The notes beneath the pieces are model-generated. The model searched no databases. It had not been told where the DNA came from and saw only the letters and a program-made list of their open reading frames with translations. A DNA stretch of 41,437 bases from Bacillota bacterium. Lineage in GTDB: Bacteria > Bacillota > Limnochordia > DTU087. The first letter of the stretch is position 1. Every line of letters starts with the position of its first letter. The stretch spans positions 1-41,437 of the forward strand of contig JAAYGR010000170.1 of the NCBI GenBank assembly GCA_012727675.1, written 5' to 3'. Shown here one piece after another: positions 8,301 to 17,684 of this stretch. Position numbers and translations under genes: made by a program.

Positions 8301-9299
8301 TTAGTCCAGGGGAAACTCTACTTGTGAGCCGGAATGGTAGGAACGTATGGCTCCCTCCATCAGCTCTGTCAGCTGGGTGCCTTCTTCTAGACCGAAGAGG
8401 ATAGGTTCATCTTCCAAGATACCCCGGATCCACATGTCCAGGGGCATGGGCAGGGCAGCCGGCAGACGGGTAGGTATAAACCAGCCTTGGTGGCCGTTCT
8501 GCTCCAGCTTGCGGGAATTGATCCGTACAGATGACTCAGGTCCTCCCACAAGGAAAGTCCCTTCTGTACCATGAAGCTCCAGAGAGAAGGGACTGCTGTG
8601 TGATACGAAGCCGGTCTCGATCACCGCGATGCCTTTATTGACAAATTCAATGAGTGCCACAGCATTATCCTCCACCTGGCGGCCGGTGAAGGAGTTAAAC
8701 AGTGTGGTAATCCGCCGAGGTTCCCCCATCAGCCAGCGGGCAAGATACATGGGATGGGCTCCCAAGTCGATCATGGCTCCCCCTCCGCAGGCAGCGGGAT
8801 CATAGAAGTGTTCCGGCAGCCACCCAGCTATTGCTCCATTATGGGCATTGCGGATCCGCAGCAGAGTTATATCCCCCAAGAAGCCGTCATCGATGACCTT
8901 TTTGGCCAGCAAATTGACGGGCCAGGTTCGCTGAGGGAAGGATATGCAGAACTTGACACCTGCCTTGGTGACAGCCTCACTGATGGCCCGGCATTCCTTG
9001 ACGGTGGGGGCCATCACCTTTTCGGTGAATATATGTTTGCCTGCATTGGCGGCGGCCACCATGATTTCGGCATGGCGGTTGGTTGGGGCATTTACAACCA
9101 CGGCATCGACATCGGAACGGGCGAGAACAGCCTCCAGATCTTCTTCGAAGGGTACACCAAGACCAGCTGCCCAGTTCTTCCCCCGCTCGGGGTCTTCATC
9201 CCATACTACTGAGATCTTGGCATCGGAGCGGGATAGAATATCCCGGGCATAACCGGGGGCGTGGACGTGCCAGCTGCTCAGCATGGCGATTTGCAACAC
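8301..9299 (-). CDS. Gfo/Idh/MocA family oxidoreductase
   Basis: SD AAGGAGGG lies 8 nt before GTG 9299. An EKV motif (FTEKVMA) stands in place of the family EKP motif, and the C-terminal alpha/beta domain pattern fits the family. Confidence 0.8.
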   Translation of the reverse strand: MLQIAMLSSWHVHAPGYARDILSRSDAKISVVWDEDPERGKNWAAGLGVPFEEDLEAVLARSDVDAVVVNAPTNRHAEIMVAAANAGKHIFTEKVMAPTVKECRAISEAVTKAGVKFCISFPQRTWPVNLLAKKVIDDGFLGDITLLRIRNAHNGAIAGWLPEHFYDPAACGGGAMIDLGAHPMYLARWLMGEPRRITTLFNSFTGRQVEDNAVALIEFVNKGIAVIETGFVSHSSPFSLELHGTEGTFLVGGPESSVRINSRKLEQNGHQGWFIPTRLPAALPMPLDMWIRGILEDEPILFGLEEGTQLTELMEGAIRSYHSGSQVEFPLD

Positions 9300-9460
9300 T
9301 TCGATCTCCCTCCTTGTAGAAAACAGCCTGGTTCAGATTGTGGTGGGAGTTTTCTGCAAAGAGGTAGAGACTTCCTGCATTTCGGCAAAGCCATAAGTCC
9401 TGCCTAGACAGCCCACGCCGTCAGCCAGTTGCAGGAGACCACGGCGGGTTATCTTATTTA

Positions 9461-10300
9461 TTAGCCGAGGGGCCTTAGGATTCGCTCGCGGCCCGTGAAG
9501 ATGGCAACTTGGGTATACCCTACAGAGCGGGCTAGTTCGATGGCTTTGTCTAGGTCCCTGCCTACATCCTCGGGATAGTGTGCATCACAGGCAAGGGTGA
9601 TGGGCACACCTGCCGCTTGACATTTGGCCAAAAACTCCGGTTCGGGGTAGATGCGCCCTACGGGTTTGCGAAGTCCAGCAGAGTTGATCTCAACACAGGT
9701 ATCAGACTCGGCTAGAGCTACCGCCATCGCTTCATAGTAGGGTTCTAATGGTATGCTGGGACGATGCCCAAAGATTTTGATGAGATCAGGGTGGGTGATG
9801 GAGTCAAACAGACCGCTGGATGCTGCCGCCAGCATTGCGGTGAAATATGCCTGATATGCGCTGTTGACGTCCTTATCGGGCCAGCCCACCTCCGGGGAGA
9901 CGTCAAATGCCCACTTCTCGAGAAAATGGACAGATCCTAAGACATAATCCCAGGGATAGGCATCAATTAGTGCTGCTATTTCGTCTTCTTTGCCTGGAAT
10001 GTAGTCCATTTCCAGACCAAGTTTCAAAGGCCAGCCTTGCTTTTTGCCTTCCTGGATCAGAGCCACATAGTCATCCAAATCCAGTGAGAAACCCTTCTCC
10101 AGCCAGTCGACGATCTCGGGATAGGTGTTTTCTCCTGTCCACAGGTGCTCCATGATCTTTTTGTACTGCTTGAAATTATGACCATGCTCGCTGATGCCGA
10201 TTTCATCTAGTCCAGCCCTTTGAGCCTGCAGCCAGAACTTCTCCAGATAATCGAGGCTCAAGGAACCCATTTCCAGGTGCATGTGGTAATCGACTCTCAT
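9461..10300 (-). CDS. PHP-domain phosphatase of the HisJ/histidinol-phosphatase family
   Basis: The N-terminus MRVDYHMHLE carries the PHP His motif, and further metal-ligand motifs SEHGH, GSVHF and CDAHYPEDVG follow. SD AAGGAG lies 9 nt upstream. No other his genes are adjacent. Confidence 0.75.
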   Translation of the reverse strand: MRVDYHMHLEMGSLSLDYLEKFWLQAQRAGLDEIGISEHGHNFKQYKKIMEHLWTGENTYPEIVDWLEKGFSLDLDDYVALIQEGKKQGWPLKLGLEMDYIPGKEDEIAALIDAYPWDYVLGSVHFLEKWAFDVSPEVGWPDKDVNSAYQAYFTAMLAAASSGLFDSITHPDLIKIFGHRPSIPLEPYYEAMAVALAESDTCVEINSAGLRKPVGRIYPEPEFLAKCQAAGVPITLACDAHYPEDVGRDLDKAIELARSVGYTQVAIFTGRERILRPLG

Positions 10301-10398
10301 GGAATTCGCTCCTTCTTTCCGAAAGCCGGATTGGTTTCCTTGTTAGCTTAGCTGTGGAGCTGGATTTTCCTTCCATGGAGAAGAGTGCCACATGATCT

Positions 10399-10536
10399 TT
10401 AGTTGTTAAGGAGCGACCGTAAGCGTATTAGACGACGGTAAGCAGTCAAGAACCGCTTTTCCTCTAACTTGCCGGTTACATACCGCATGACCAGTGACCT
10501 GAGCTGATCATCTAGAGTGGATGCCCGCATCGCCAT
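10399..10536 (-). CDS. Candidate small protein (45 aa), below the ORF-track length cutoff
   Basis: ATG 10536 is preceded by GGAGGG with a 6-nt spacer; the stop is TAA at 10399-10401. The product MAMRASTLDDQLRSLVMRYVTGKLEEKRFLTAYRRLIRLRSLLNN looks helical with a basic C-terminus. I do not recognise a family. Confidence 0.35.
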   Translation of the reverse strand: MAMRASTLDDQLRSLVMRYVTGKLEEKRFLTAYRRLIRLRSLLNN

Positions 10537-10673
10537 ATTCAGTCCCTCCTATCTAGGTGCAATCCCCTTACAAGGAACAGTATGGACCTGAGCAGGCGGG
10601 ATTATTCCAGGTCCCTCCAGAATCATGAATCGGCTTACTACTGAGCCTAAAAGGATGGCAGCTTAGCTGGGCT

Positions 10674-10705
10674 CTAAGAAAAAACCCTCTCCCGAGGAGA
10701 GGGTT
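10674..10705 (-). terminator. Rho-independent terminator downstream of the YeaQ-like gene
   Basis: On the minus strand: AACCCTCTCC-tcg-GGAGAGGGTT followed by TTTTTTTC. Confidence 0.8.
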
Positions 10706-10752
10706 AAACCTGTTTCGATGTCTATGGAGGAATCCAATGCTCCTCCAGGGGT

Positions 10753-11025
10753 TTATCTTGCAGTAGTTGAGGATGCAGTCTCTTCTACTCCAACTGCGGT
10801 CCAAATCCAGCCAAGGACGAAAGAACCGATGATACCGGCAATGACGTTGTAGCCCGCCAGCATCCAGCCCCAATCACCTAGTATGACGTCACCCAGCCAC
10901 GCCCCGATAATGGTGGCGATGAAGCGGATCCAGGGCTCTCCCTTCAACGTCTTTTCTTGAGCCAACCAGCTTTTTACTGCCCAACCAACGAGTAAACCAA
11001 CGATGATTAGAGTCACCCAATACAT
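10753..11025 (-). CDS. GlsB/YeaQ/YmgE family (transglycosylase-associated) small stress membrane protein
   Basis: 90 aa with three Gly-rich hydrophobic segments (IIVGLLVGW, IIGAWLGDVILG, IAGIIGSFVLGWIW). SD AGGAGG lies 9 nt before ATG 11025. Confidence 0.7.
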   Translation of the reverse strand: MYWVTLIIVGLLVGWAVKSWLAQEKTLKGEPWIRFIATIIGAWLGDVILGDWGWMLAGYNVIAGIIGSFVLGWIWTAVGVEETASSTTAR

Positions 11026-11220
11026 TGGCTTACACCTCCTAGTAGACGAATAGTCTTAACTTGGACAAATTTTTGTAGGCAGCATCGGTTCCTCCATGGA
11101 CTGGATGGCTGCTGTAAATCTATGGCCACCCCTTATCTAATCATATCACTTCTTTGCATTATTGGAAATACCTACAAATGTGGCGAAAGTCACTTTAGCA
11201 CTGAATACTCGGCGGCCAAG

Positions 11221-11814
11221 TCAGAAGGTAACGGGTGTTGGAATCATTAACTCCTGTCCCGGCTTGATGAGACTGGGGTTCTTAAGGTTGTTCAGCTTAG
11301 CAATTGCATCAACGGTAACACCAAAGCGCCGGGCAATGGTATAGAGGTTATCACCGGCCTTTACCACATATACCAGGGGCTGCATGCCTGCAGGTACCAT
11401 CAGTCTCTGCCCGATCTGCAGTGTGGTATTTGTCAAGTTATTGAGATTAACCAATTCCTCCATGGTGGTTCCGAACTTCTTAGCAATGGCGTAAAGGGAA
11501 TCTCCACTCTGTACCGTATAATACTGAACAGACTTAATGCTGTTCAATGCTTGAAAGGTGAGGGGGCCTACTAGACCATCCACAGGGAGGCCGTTGAGTT
11601 CCTGGAATTTCTTAACTGCCGCTTGTGTTTCGGGCCCAAAACGTCCTGTTGCCTGGGTCATTAAGCCCAGATCCATCAATTTGCGCTGGCACCAAAAAAC
11701 ATCCTCTCCCCAGCAGCCGAGGCCTAAGATCCTTTGACCCGGTTCGTGGGCCAGTACCGGCAGACTAGCTAGCAATACACAAAACGTTAAGAGCGCGATG
11801 AAGCGTGGTTTCAT
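11221..11814 (-). CDS. Secreted peptidoglycan-binding protein: signal peptide, PG_binding_1-like domain and two LysM domains
   Basis: Signal peptide MKPRFIALLTFCVLLASLPVLA. The PG-binding motif is GRFGPETQAAVKKFQELNGLPVDGLVG. The LysM repeats are YTVQSGDSLYAIAKKF... and YVVKAGDNLYTIARRF.... SD GGGGGAG spacing favours ATG 11814 over 11820. Confidence 0.85.
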   Translation of the reverse strand: MKPRFIALLTFCVLLASLPVLAHEPGQRILGLGCWGEDVFWCQRKLMDLGLMTQATGRFGPETQAAVKKFQELNGLPVDGLVGPLTFQALNSIKSVQYYTVQSGDSLYAIAKKFGTTMEELVNLNNLTNTTLQIGQRLMVPAGMQPLVYVVKAGDNLYTIARRFGVTVDAIAKLNNLKNPSLIKPGQELMIPTPVTF

Positions 11815-12045
11815 TCTCATGCTCCCCCTGTGTATCTTCTTGGCTTTGGCAAGAAAAGCCATGATCATAGGCAAGCGCCGATACTCTTTATTTCCCTCAG
11901 CTGTAAAGGAATCCTGCCGCTAGAAGGAATTGGAAGAGTGTGCTAATATAGGGCTAGATATGGTTGTTTATAGTTAAATATTACTCGCGGTTTCAAAGTT
12001 TTGTTGCTTAGTTTGGGAAACTGGGAGAGAGGGTGGGATAAAAAG

Positions 12046-12789
12046 ATGGATTACAGCGTGTGGCGAATCGCACTGGCGGGGCTTTTGGCCGGCGTAATCG
12101 GCACAGGTCTTGGGGGACTGATTATCTCTGCAGTAGGGCAGCCCAGCAAGAGGGTCCTCAGCTTCGTCCTGGGGTTCTCTGCTGGTGTTATGCTGGCCAT
12201 GATTTTCGTTGATTTGCTGCCGGAGAGTCTCGACATTGGCGGGCCCACCTACACATTTATCGGTGTGCTGCTGGGAATCGTCTTACTTCTCTTGCTGGAC
12301 TTTGTTGTACCCCATCAACACGTCGCCGGGGGTGAAGAGCAGCGTGCCCATTACTTGCGGCTTAGTATTCTGTTGGGCTTGGGTATTGCCCTCCACAATC
12401 TGCCGGAGGGGCTGGCCATTGGAACTGGGTATGCTGCATCCCAGGAACGGGGCTGGCGGCTGATGATGGCAACCCTTCTCCACAATGTCCCGGAGGGCAT
12501 GGCCATGGCGGGGCCTATGGTGGCTGCCGGGGTTACCAGCATAAAGGTTGCGGCGGCCGCAATTGTGGCAGGACTTCCTGAGGGCATAGGTGCTCTGCTG
12601 GGGGCCCTTATCGGGAGGGTTTCCACAGCTACTTTGGCAATTTCCTCAAGTTTCGCCGCGGGAGCCATGCTGTATATTGTCTTTGATGAGCTGATTCCTG
12701 AGGCTCAAGAGCATGCCGAAGGCCACAGCGGTACCTTTGGCGGAGTCCTGGGAGTCGTTGTGGGAATGGCCATGCTGTACTATATGTAA
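12046..12789 (+). CDS. ZIP family divalent-metal transporter (ZupT/GufA-like)
   Basis: About 8 TM segments with the ZIP signatures LHNLPEGLAIG and LHNVPEGMAMA. ATG 12046 is preceded by a GAGAGAGGGTGGG purine tract. Confidence 0.85.
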   Translation: MDYSVWRIALAGLLAGVIGTGLGGLIISAVGQPSKRVLSFVLGFSAGVMLAMIFVDLLPESLDIGGPTYTFIGVLLGIVLLLLLDFVVPHQHVAGGEEQRAHYLRLSILLGLGIALHNLPEGLAIGTGYAASQERGWRLMMATLLHNVPEGMAMAGPMVAAGVTSIKVAAAAIVAGLPEGIGALLGALIGRVSTATLAISSSFAAGAMLYIVFDELIPEAQEHAEGHSGTFGGVLGVVVGMAMLYYM

Positions 12790-12842
12790 TAAGGGCGGCT
12801 GGTTAAGAGCAGTTGTTGCCTAAAATACAATGATACACACCA

Positions 12843-12885
12843 ACACCCCAGGAGTGCCGTAAAGGCGGCTGCTGGGGTGTTTTTA
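12843..12885 (+). terminator. Rho-independent terminator after the ZIP gene
   Basis: A 9-bp stem ACACCCCAG/CTGGGGTGT followed by TTTT. Confidence 0.75.
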
Positions 12886-12948
12886 ATTGGGGCTGTGCTG
12901 TCTACGAAGCGAGACTATGTTGTCTGTGGTAGAAGTAGATCGGGACCT

Positions 12949-14028
12949 CTAGAGCTCAAGCCGCATATCTCCGTCCTTAATCCACCCTATGCGGCGGAGG
13001 GGAATAGCCATCAGATAGGTCAGCACCGCAGGTAAGATGAAGTGGAGCAGTAGTATCTGCGGCCATACTCCAGTTCCCATGGCGGCAATAGTCCCGATCT
13101 GTCCTACAAGGCCGCTGGTCCCCATCCCCGCACCACTGGGGATATTTTCCATCATAAACACCTTGGTCGCCAAGGGACCCAAGATGGCACTAGCCAAGGT
13201 CGGCGGAATCCAGATCCGGGGGTTGCGGATAATATTGGGCATCTGCAGCATGGAGGTTCCCAGTCCTTGGGCCAAGAGGCCGCCCACTCCGTTCTCTCTG
13301 TAACTGATCACGGCAAAGCCGATCATTTGGGTTGAACAGCCGATGGTAGCGGCGCCGGCGGCAAGTCCACTGAGTCCTAAGCTGATGGCTATCGCCGCAC
13401 TGCTGATGGGCAGTGTCAAGAACATCCCCATTAGAGTGGAAACCAGAATTCCCATGGGGATTGGATGAAGCATAGTTGCTTGGTTAACCATGGCTCCAAG
13501 GGTTTTCATGAGCACTGAGACAAAGGGGGCAATATTTTCTCCGACGATACCGCCGACGAAGATGGTTGTGGTGGGCACAACGATGATGTCCAGTTTCCTT
13601 CCAGCAATGCGTTTGCCTATTTCAGCTCCCGCCAAGGCCGCCACCAGCGCGCCTACCGGTTCTCCAATGCCGATAGAAGCGGCACCAGGAGTAAGGCTGA
13701 TGGTACCGGCACCTATAGCTCCTGTTACAGCCGATGCAAAGACCACCAGGGGCGGCGCCTTTATGCCGGTGGCAACAGCTACGCCGATGGCTGGTCCCAT
13801 GAGCAGTTTGGCAAACTGGCCGAAACGGACTAAGAGGTTTATATGTACCAGACTACCAACTTGCTCTAAGATAACACCTACGATTAATGATGCAAAGAGT
13901 CCTAAGGCCATGGCGTTGAACACATTAACAGTATAGGCCAGCAGTGCACTGCCGGAGGCAGCTCCCTTGCTGCGGCTGTGTTCTAGCTGCGGCCGTTTTG
14001 CTTTTGTTGATGACTTTTGCCGTGCCAT
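12949..14028 (-). CDS. Polytopic membrane protein resembling the PTS EIIC_2-type sugar transporter family
   Basis: The ORF is Gly/Ala-rich with about 10 TM segments. The N-terminal motif NAMALGLFASLIVGVILEQVG matches what I recall for this family. A basic, Ser-rich 30-aa extension sits at the N-terminus and the start is uncertain. Confidence 0.55.
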   Translation of the reverse strand: MARQKSSTKAKRPQLEHSRSKGAASGSALLAYTVNVFNAMALGLFASLIVGVILEQVGSLVHINLLVRFGQFAKLLMGPAIGVAVATGIKAPPLVVFASAVTGAIGAGTISLTPGAASIGIGEPVGALVAALAGAEIGKRIAGRKLDIIVVPTTTIFVGGIVGENIAPFVSVLMKTLGAMVNQATMLHPIPMGILVSTLMGMFLTLPISSAAIAISLGLSGLAAGAATIGCSTQMIGFAVISYRENGVGGLLAQGLGTSMLQMPNIIRNPRIWIPPTLASAILGPLATKVFMMENIPSGAGMGTSGLVGQIGTIAAMGTGVWPQILLLHFILPAVLTYLMAIPLRRIGWIKDGDMRLEL

Positions 14029-14332
14029 GACTTTTCGGGCAGAGTCTCCAGCTTGTGTTAGAGTTCTCTCCCTCCCACACCTCCATCTCTGTTGTTTTCC
14101 TCAAAACGGATGTTGAGTCCAGTAACAAGAATTCCGCAGCATGACCCAACTATTTCCCTGTTGGGGACAAGGCTGCAGTCATCGGGTTATTCGTAATCTT
14201 CAATGGAAAATCCTGCGGCAGGGTGATAAATAATGGATTTTACCTGCCTCGGAAAGACTAGTACAGAACCTAAGCGGTTTAGTTCCACTGAAATTACATA
14301 TGGCAAGTTAATTCTGTTCAATTGGGAGCGAG

Positions 14333-16474
14333 GTGAGTGTCTTGCCAACGACACGACTAGGGAACCGAATGAGCAGTGAGACCAGCCCGTATCTTCGGCA
14401 GCATGCCGCGGATCCGGTGGATTGGCAGCCTTGGAATGACGAAACATTGAAGCTGGCTAGGGAGATGCAGCGTCCCATTCTTCTCAGTATCGGGTACTCT
14501 GCCTGTCATTGGTGCCATGTTATGCAGCGGGAGTCCTTTCAGAACCAAGAGATTGCTGAGCTGATGAACAAACACTTTATCCCTATCAAGGTCGACCGAG
14601 AAGAAAGACCGGATTTGGATCATATCTACCAAAGGGCTTCGGTCCTGCTTACCGGTCACGGCGGCTGGCCCCTTACTGTCTTTATCACTCCCGAGGCTAA
14701 GCCGTTTTTTGCCGGTACATATTTTCCGCCCCAAGACCGATTCGGCCGTACAGGATTTGCCGCTATCTTGCAGCAGATAGCCCGTCTGTGGGAGAAGGAG
14801 CGGGATGCGGTGGAGAAGGCAGCTGATGAGGTCACTGCTGCCATGGCCGAGGAATTGATGCCGGCGGGGGCTCAGGAATTTGTACCTCTGCGGGATGAGC
14901 TTATCAGCCAAGACTGGGCGGCAAGGCTTCTAGAGGATGCAGAAAACTACCTGTTGGAGTTTTATGATGAGCGCAACGGAGGATTCGGCACGGCTCCCAA
15001 GTTTCCCAGTACCGGCATTCTTAAGTTTTTCTTACAGAGAAGCAGGCAGGCTCCCATATTGCTGGAAGTCGTCATCAATACCCTTAACCATATGGCAGGT
15101 GGAGGCATTTATGATCAGCTGGGAGGAGGATTCCACCGGTATTCCACCGATGATCGCTGGCTCATACCCCATTTCGAAAAGATGCTTTATGATAATGCCA
15201 TGCTGGTTCAGGTTTATGTGACAGCCTATCAGCTGACTGGTGATCTAAGGTATCGGCAGATAGCAGAAGAGACCCTGGATTATCTCTTAAGGGATATGTG
15301 GTATCCATGCGGTGCGTTTTTCGGAACTGAAGATGCTGACAGTGAAGGTGAGGAAGGCAAATTTTACCTTTGGACCAGGCAAGAGGTCATAGAACTACTA
15401 GGAGAAGAGATGGGGGATGTGGTCTGTGCCTACTACGGTATCGGTAGGGCAGACAGTCTAGTTGATGGGGCGTCGGTGCTTCATCGGGTTGTATCTCTAG
15501 ACGCTTTGGCTGAGCAGTTGGATATGAGTATCCACGAGGTAGACTCGATCCTGCAATCAGCCAGGCTTTCCCTTTACCAGCGCAGGGAGCAGCGGGTGCG
15601 GCCGGCCCGGGATGAAAAAATCATCACTGCTTGGAACGGAATGGCGGTTTCGGCCCTGGCCAAGGCAGGTTCGGTGCTGCAGGTTCCCATGTATGTAGAA
15701 AAGGCCAGAGCAGTGGCTAGTTTCGGCTTGACCAGGCTGCGGCGGCCCGATGGCCGGTTGTGCAGGAGCTTTAAGGGAGTCCCCAGCTCTATACCAGGTT
15801 TTCTGGAAGACTACGGTTACTTTGTTGCGGGGCTGGTGGACTTATTCAAGGCTACCTTGGAGCCCTTCTGGCTCGATGCCGGCTTGAACCTCATGGAACT
15901 TGCCGTCCAGCTCTTCTGGTCTGATTCTAGCCGCACCTTTTATGATACCGAGCCCGGGGATAATTTGCTGTTCCGTCCGTCTATCCCTGAAGACGAGTCA
16001 TACCCTTCAGCGGTAAGCATCATGGCTCAGAACCTTTTCTATCTCCAAAATCTGCTGTCGTGCCGGGCTGAGGAAAAGCTGGAGCTTCTTCTTAACCGGC
16101 ATGTGGAGGATATGAGGAGAAACCCTTGGGGCTTTGCCGGTCTCCTTACCGTGTTGGACCTTGCCCAAAGGGGACTTAGAGAATTCTTCGTAATTGAGCC
16201 GGCCCAGGGTGGGGCAGAACCTGAAATTCTAAACCTTCTGCAGACTGCTTATCTGCCGGAAGGTATTATCTACCGTGGGAATGCTGCTCCATACCAACAA
16301 GGGCGCTTTCATGAATTGGGGATGGGGAAAACGGCAGTAGAGGGTAAGACCACGGTGTATATTTGTGAAGGTCAAACTTGTTATCCGCCCATCACTGACC
16401 CAGCGGCACTTAGAGCCCGTATTCAGAATTCGTCCCTAGATGCAAAAAAAGACCCGGTACTGCCTGTACTGTAA
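14333..16474 (+). CDS. YyaL/DUF255-type thioredoxin-domain protein fused to an (alpha/alpha)6-barrel region (COG1331)
   Basis: The N-terminus SPYLRQHAADPVDWQPW...SIGYSACHWCHVM and the motif GGFGTAPKFP match the family, and the length is about 700 aa. The start is either GTG 14333 or ATG 14369. Confidence 0.85.
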   Translation: MSVLPTTRLGNRMSSETSPYLRQHAADPVDWQPWNDETLKLAREMQRPILLSIGYSACHWCHVMQRESFQNQEIAELMNKHFIPIKVDREERPDLDHIYQRASVLLTGHGGWPLTVFITPEAKPFFAGTYFPPQDRFGRTGFAAILQQIARLWEKERDAVEKAADEVTAAMAEELMPAGAQEFVPLRDELISQDWAARLLEDAENYLLEFYDERNGGFGTAPKFPSTGILKFFLQRSRQAPILLEVVINTLNHMAGGGIYDQLGGGFHRYSTDDRWLIPHFEKMLYDNAMLVQVYVTAYQLTGDLRYRQIAEETLDYLLRDMWYPCGAFFGTEDADSEGEEGKFYLWTRQEVIELLGEEMGDVVCAYYGIGRADSLVDGASVLHRVVSLDALAEQLDMSIHEVDSILQSARLSLYQRREQRVRPARDEKIITAWNGMAVSALAKAGSVLQVPMYVEKARAVASFGLTRLRRPDGRLCRSFKGVPSSIPGFLEDYGYFVAGLVDLFKATLEPFWLDAGLNLMELAVQLFWSDSSRTFYDTEPGDNLLFRPSIPEDESYPSAVSIMAQNLFYLQNLLSCRAEEKLELLLNRHVEDMRRNPWGFAGLLTVLDLAQRGLREFFVIEPAQGGAEPEILNLLQTAYLPEGIIYRGNAAPYQQGRFHELGMGKTAVEGKTTVYICEGQTCYPPITDPAALRARIQNSSLDAKKDPVLPVL

Positions 16475-16536
16475 AGGACTACAGGTTCGGTCCGTGTAAT
16501 AATAGCTATAACTCTGGGAGGGAGGAGGCATGGATT

Positions 16537-17661
16537 TTGCAGTACCGGGAGTTTGGCGATACGGGAATTAAAATCTCAGCTTTAGGTTTTGGGGCTATGC
16601 GGCTCCCTGAGATCGAGGAAAACGGAACATATCGGATCGATGAAGAAAAAGCACTAGCTGTGATCATCAGGGCCTTTGAACTCGGTGTCAACTATATTGA
16701 TACAGCCTACGGCTACTGCCACGGCAACAGTGAAATTGTGGTAGGGAAGGCCCTAAAGGGATGGCGGGACAAGGTGTATTTGTCTACCAAGATGCCAACT
16801 TGGTTGGTAAAGGAGAGAGGAGACTATCGCCGCTTCCTTGAGGAGCAGCTGCAGAAGCTGGATGTAGATTACATTGATTTTTACCATTTTCATGCCTTAG
16901 GTCAAGAGCGGTGGGAGAACTTTGTCCTCAAGCATGATCTGCTGGATGAGGCCCAAAAGGCCAAGGAGGAAGGGCTGATCAAGCACATCTCCTTCTCTTT
17001 CCATGATAAACCTGAGGTTCTGAAGCAGCTGGTTGATGTGGGGATCTTCTCATCACTGCTCTGCCAGTATAATCTCTTGGACAGGGCTAATGAAGAGGCT
17101 ATTGCCTATGCTCGGGAGAAAGGTTTGGGAGTTGTGATCATGGGACCGGTTGCCGGCGGACGCTTGGCGGCATCTTCGAAAACCATTCAGCAGCTTTTGG
17201 AAGGACGAAGCGTAAGTACACCGGAATTGGCCCTGCGCTTTGTGTTGGCTAACGAGAATGTAAGCTGCGCCCTATCTGGGATGAATACCATTGAGATGGT
17301 GGAGGAAAACTCAGCTACGGCCTCCTTAGACACGCTCCTGACAGAAACGGAGCTGGAGCGCATCAAAGATGCCATGGAGGAGAATCGACGTCTAGCCGAT
17401 CTATACTGTACCGGCTGCGATTACTGTATGCCCTGTCCCCGGGAGGTCAATATTCCCCTGAATTTCCGGTTGATGAATTATCACCGTGTTTACGGTCTTA
17501 CCGATTACGCTAGGGAACAGTATGAAAAAATCGGCACCACGGAAGACCTAAAAGGCAAGAAGGCAGAAGACTGCATTGAATGCGGCATCTGCGAGACCAA
17601 ATGTCCGCAGAACCTAGAGATTCGAAAGCAGCTCAAGGAAACCGCTGCGGCACTGGGCTGA
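16537..17661 (+). CDS. Aldo/keto reductase with a C-terminal ferredoxin-like extension carrying two 4Fe-4S motifs
   Basis: SD GGAGGAGG lies 8 nt before TTG 16537. The AKR N-terminus is GDTGIKISALGFGAMRL...IDTAYGY. The cluster motifs are CTGCDYCMPCP and CIECGICETKCP. Confidence 0.85.
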   Translation: MQYREFGDTGIKISALGFGAMRLPEIEENGTYRIDEEKALAVIIRAFELGVNYIDTAYGYCHGNSEIVVGKALKGWRDKVYLSTKMPTWLVKERGDYRRFLEEQLQKLDVDYIDFYHFHALGQERWENFVLKHDLLDEAQKAKEEGLIKHISFSFHDKPEVLKQLVDVGIFSSLLCQYNLLDRANEEAIAYAREKGLGVVIMGPVAGGRLAASSKTIQQLLEGRSVSTPELALRFVLANENVSCALSGMNTIEMVEENSATASLDTLLTETELERIKDAMEENRRLADLYCTGCDYCMPCPREVNIPLNFRLMNYHRVYGLTDYAREQYEKIGTTEDLKGKKAEDCIECGICETKCPQNLEIRKQLKETAAALG

Positions 17662-17684
17662 TGTAAAGGGTGGAAGCGTTTAAC

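Noticed and set aside
10568-10873. A 101-aa minus-strand ORF.
   Set aside because: It overlaps the YeaQ-like gene in another frame and reads through that gene's terminator hairpins.
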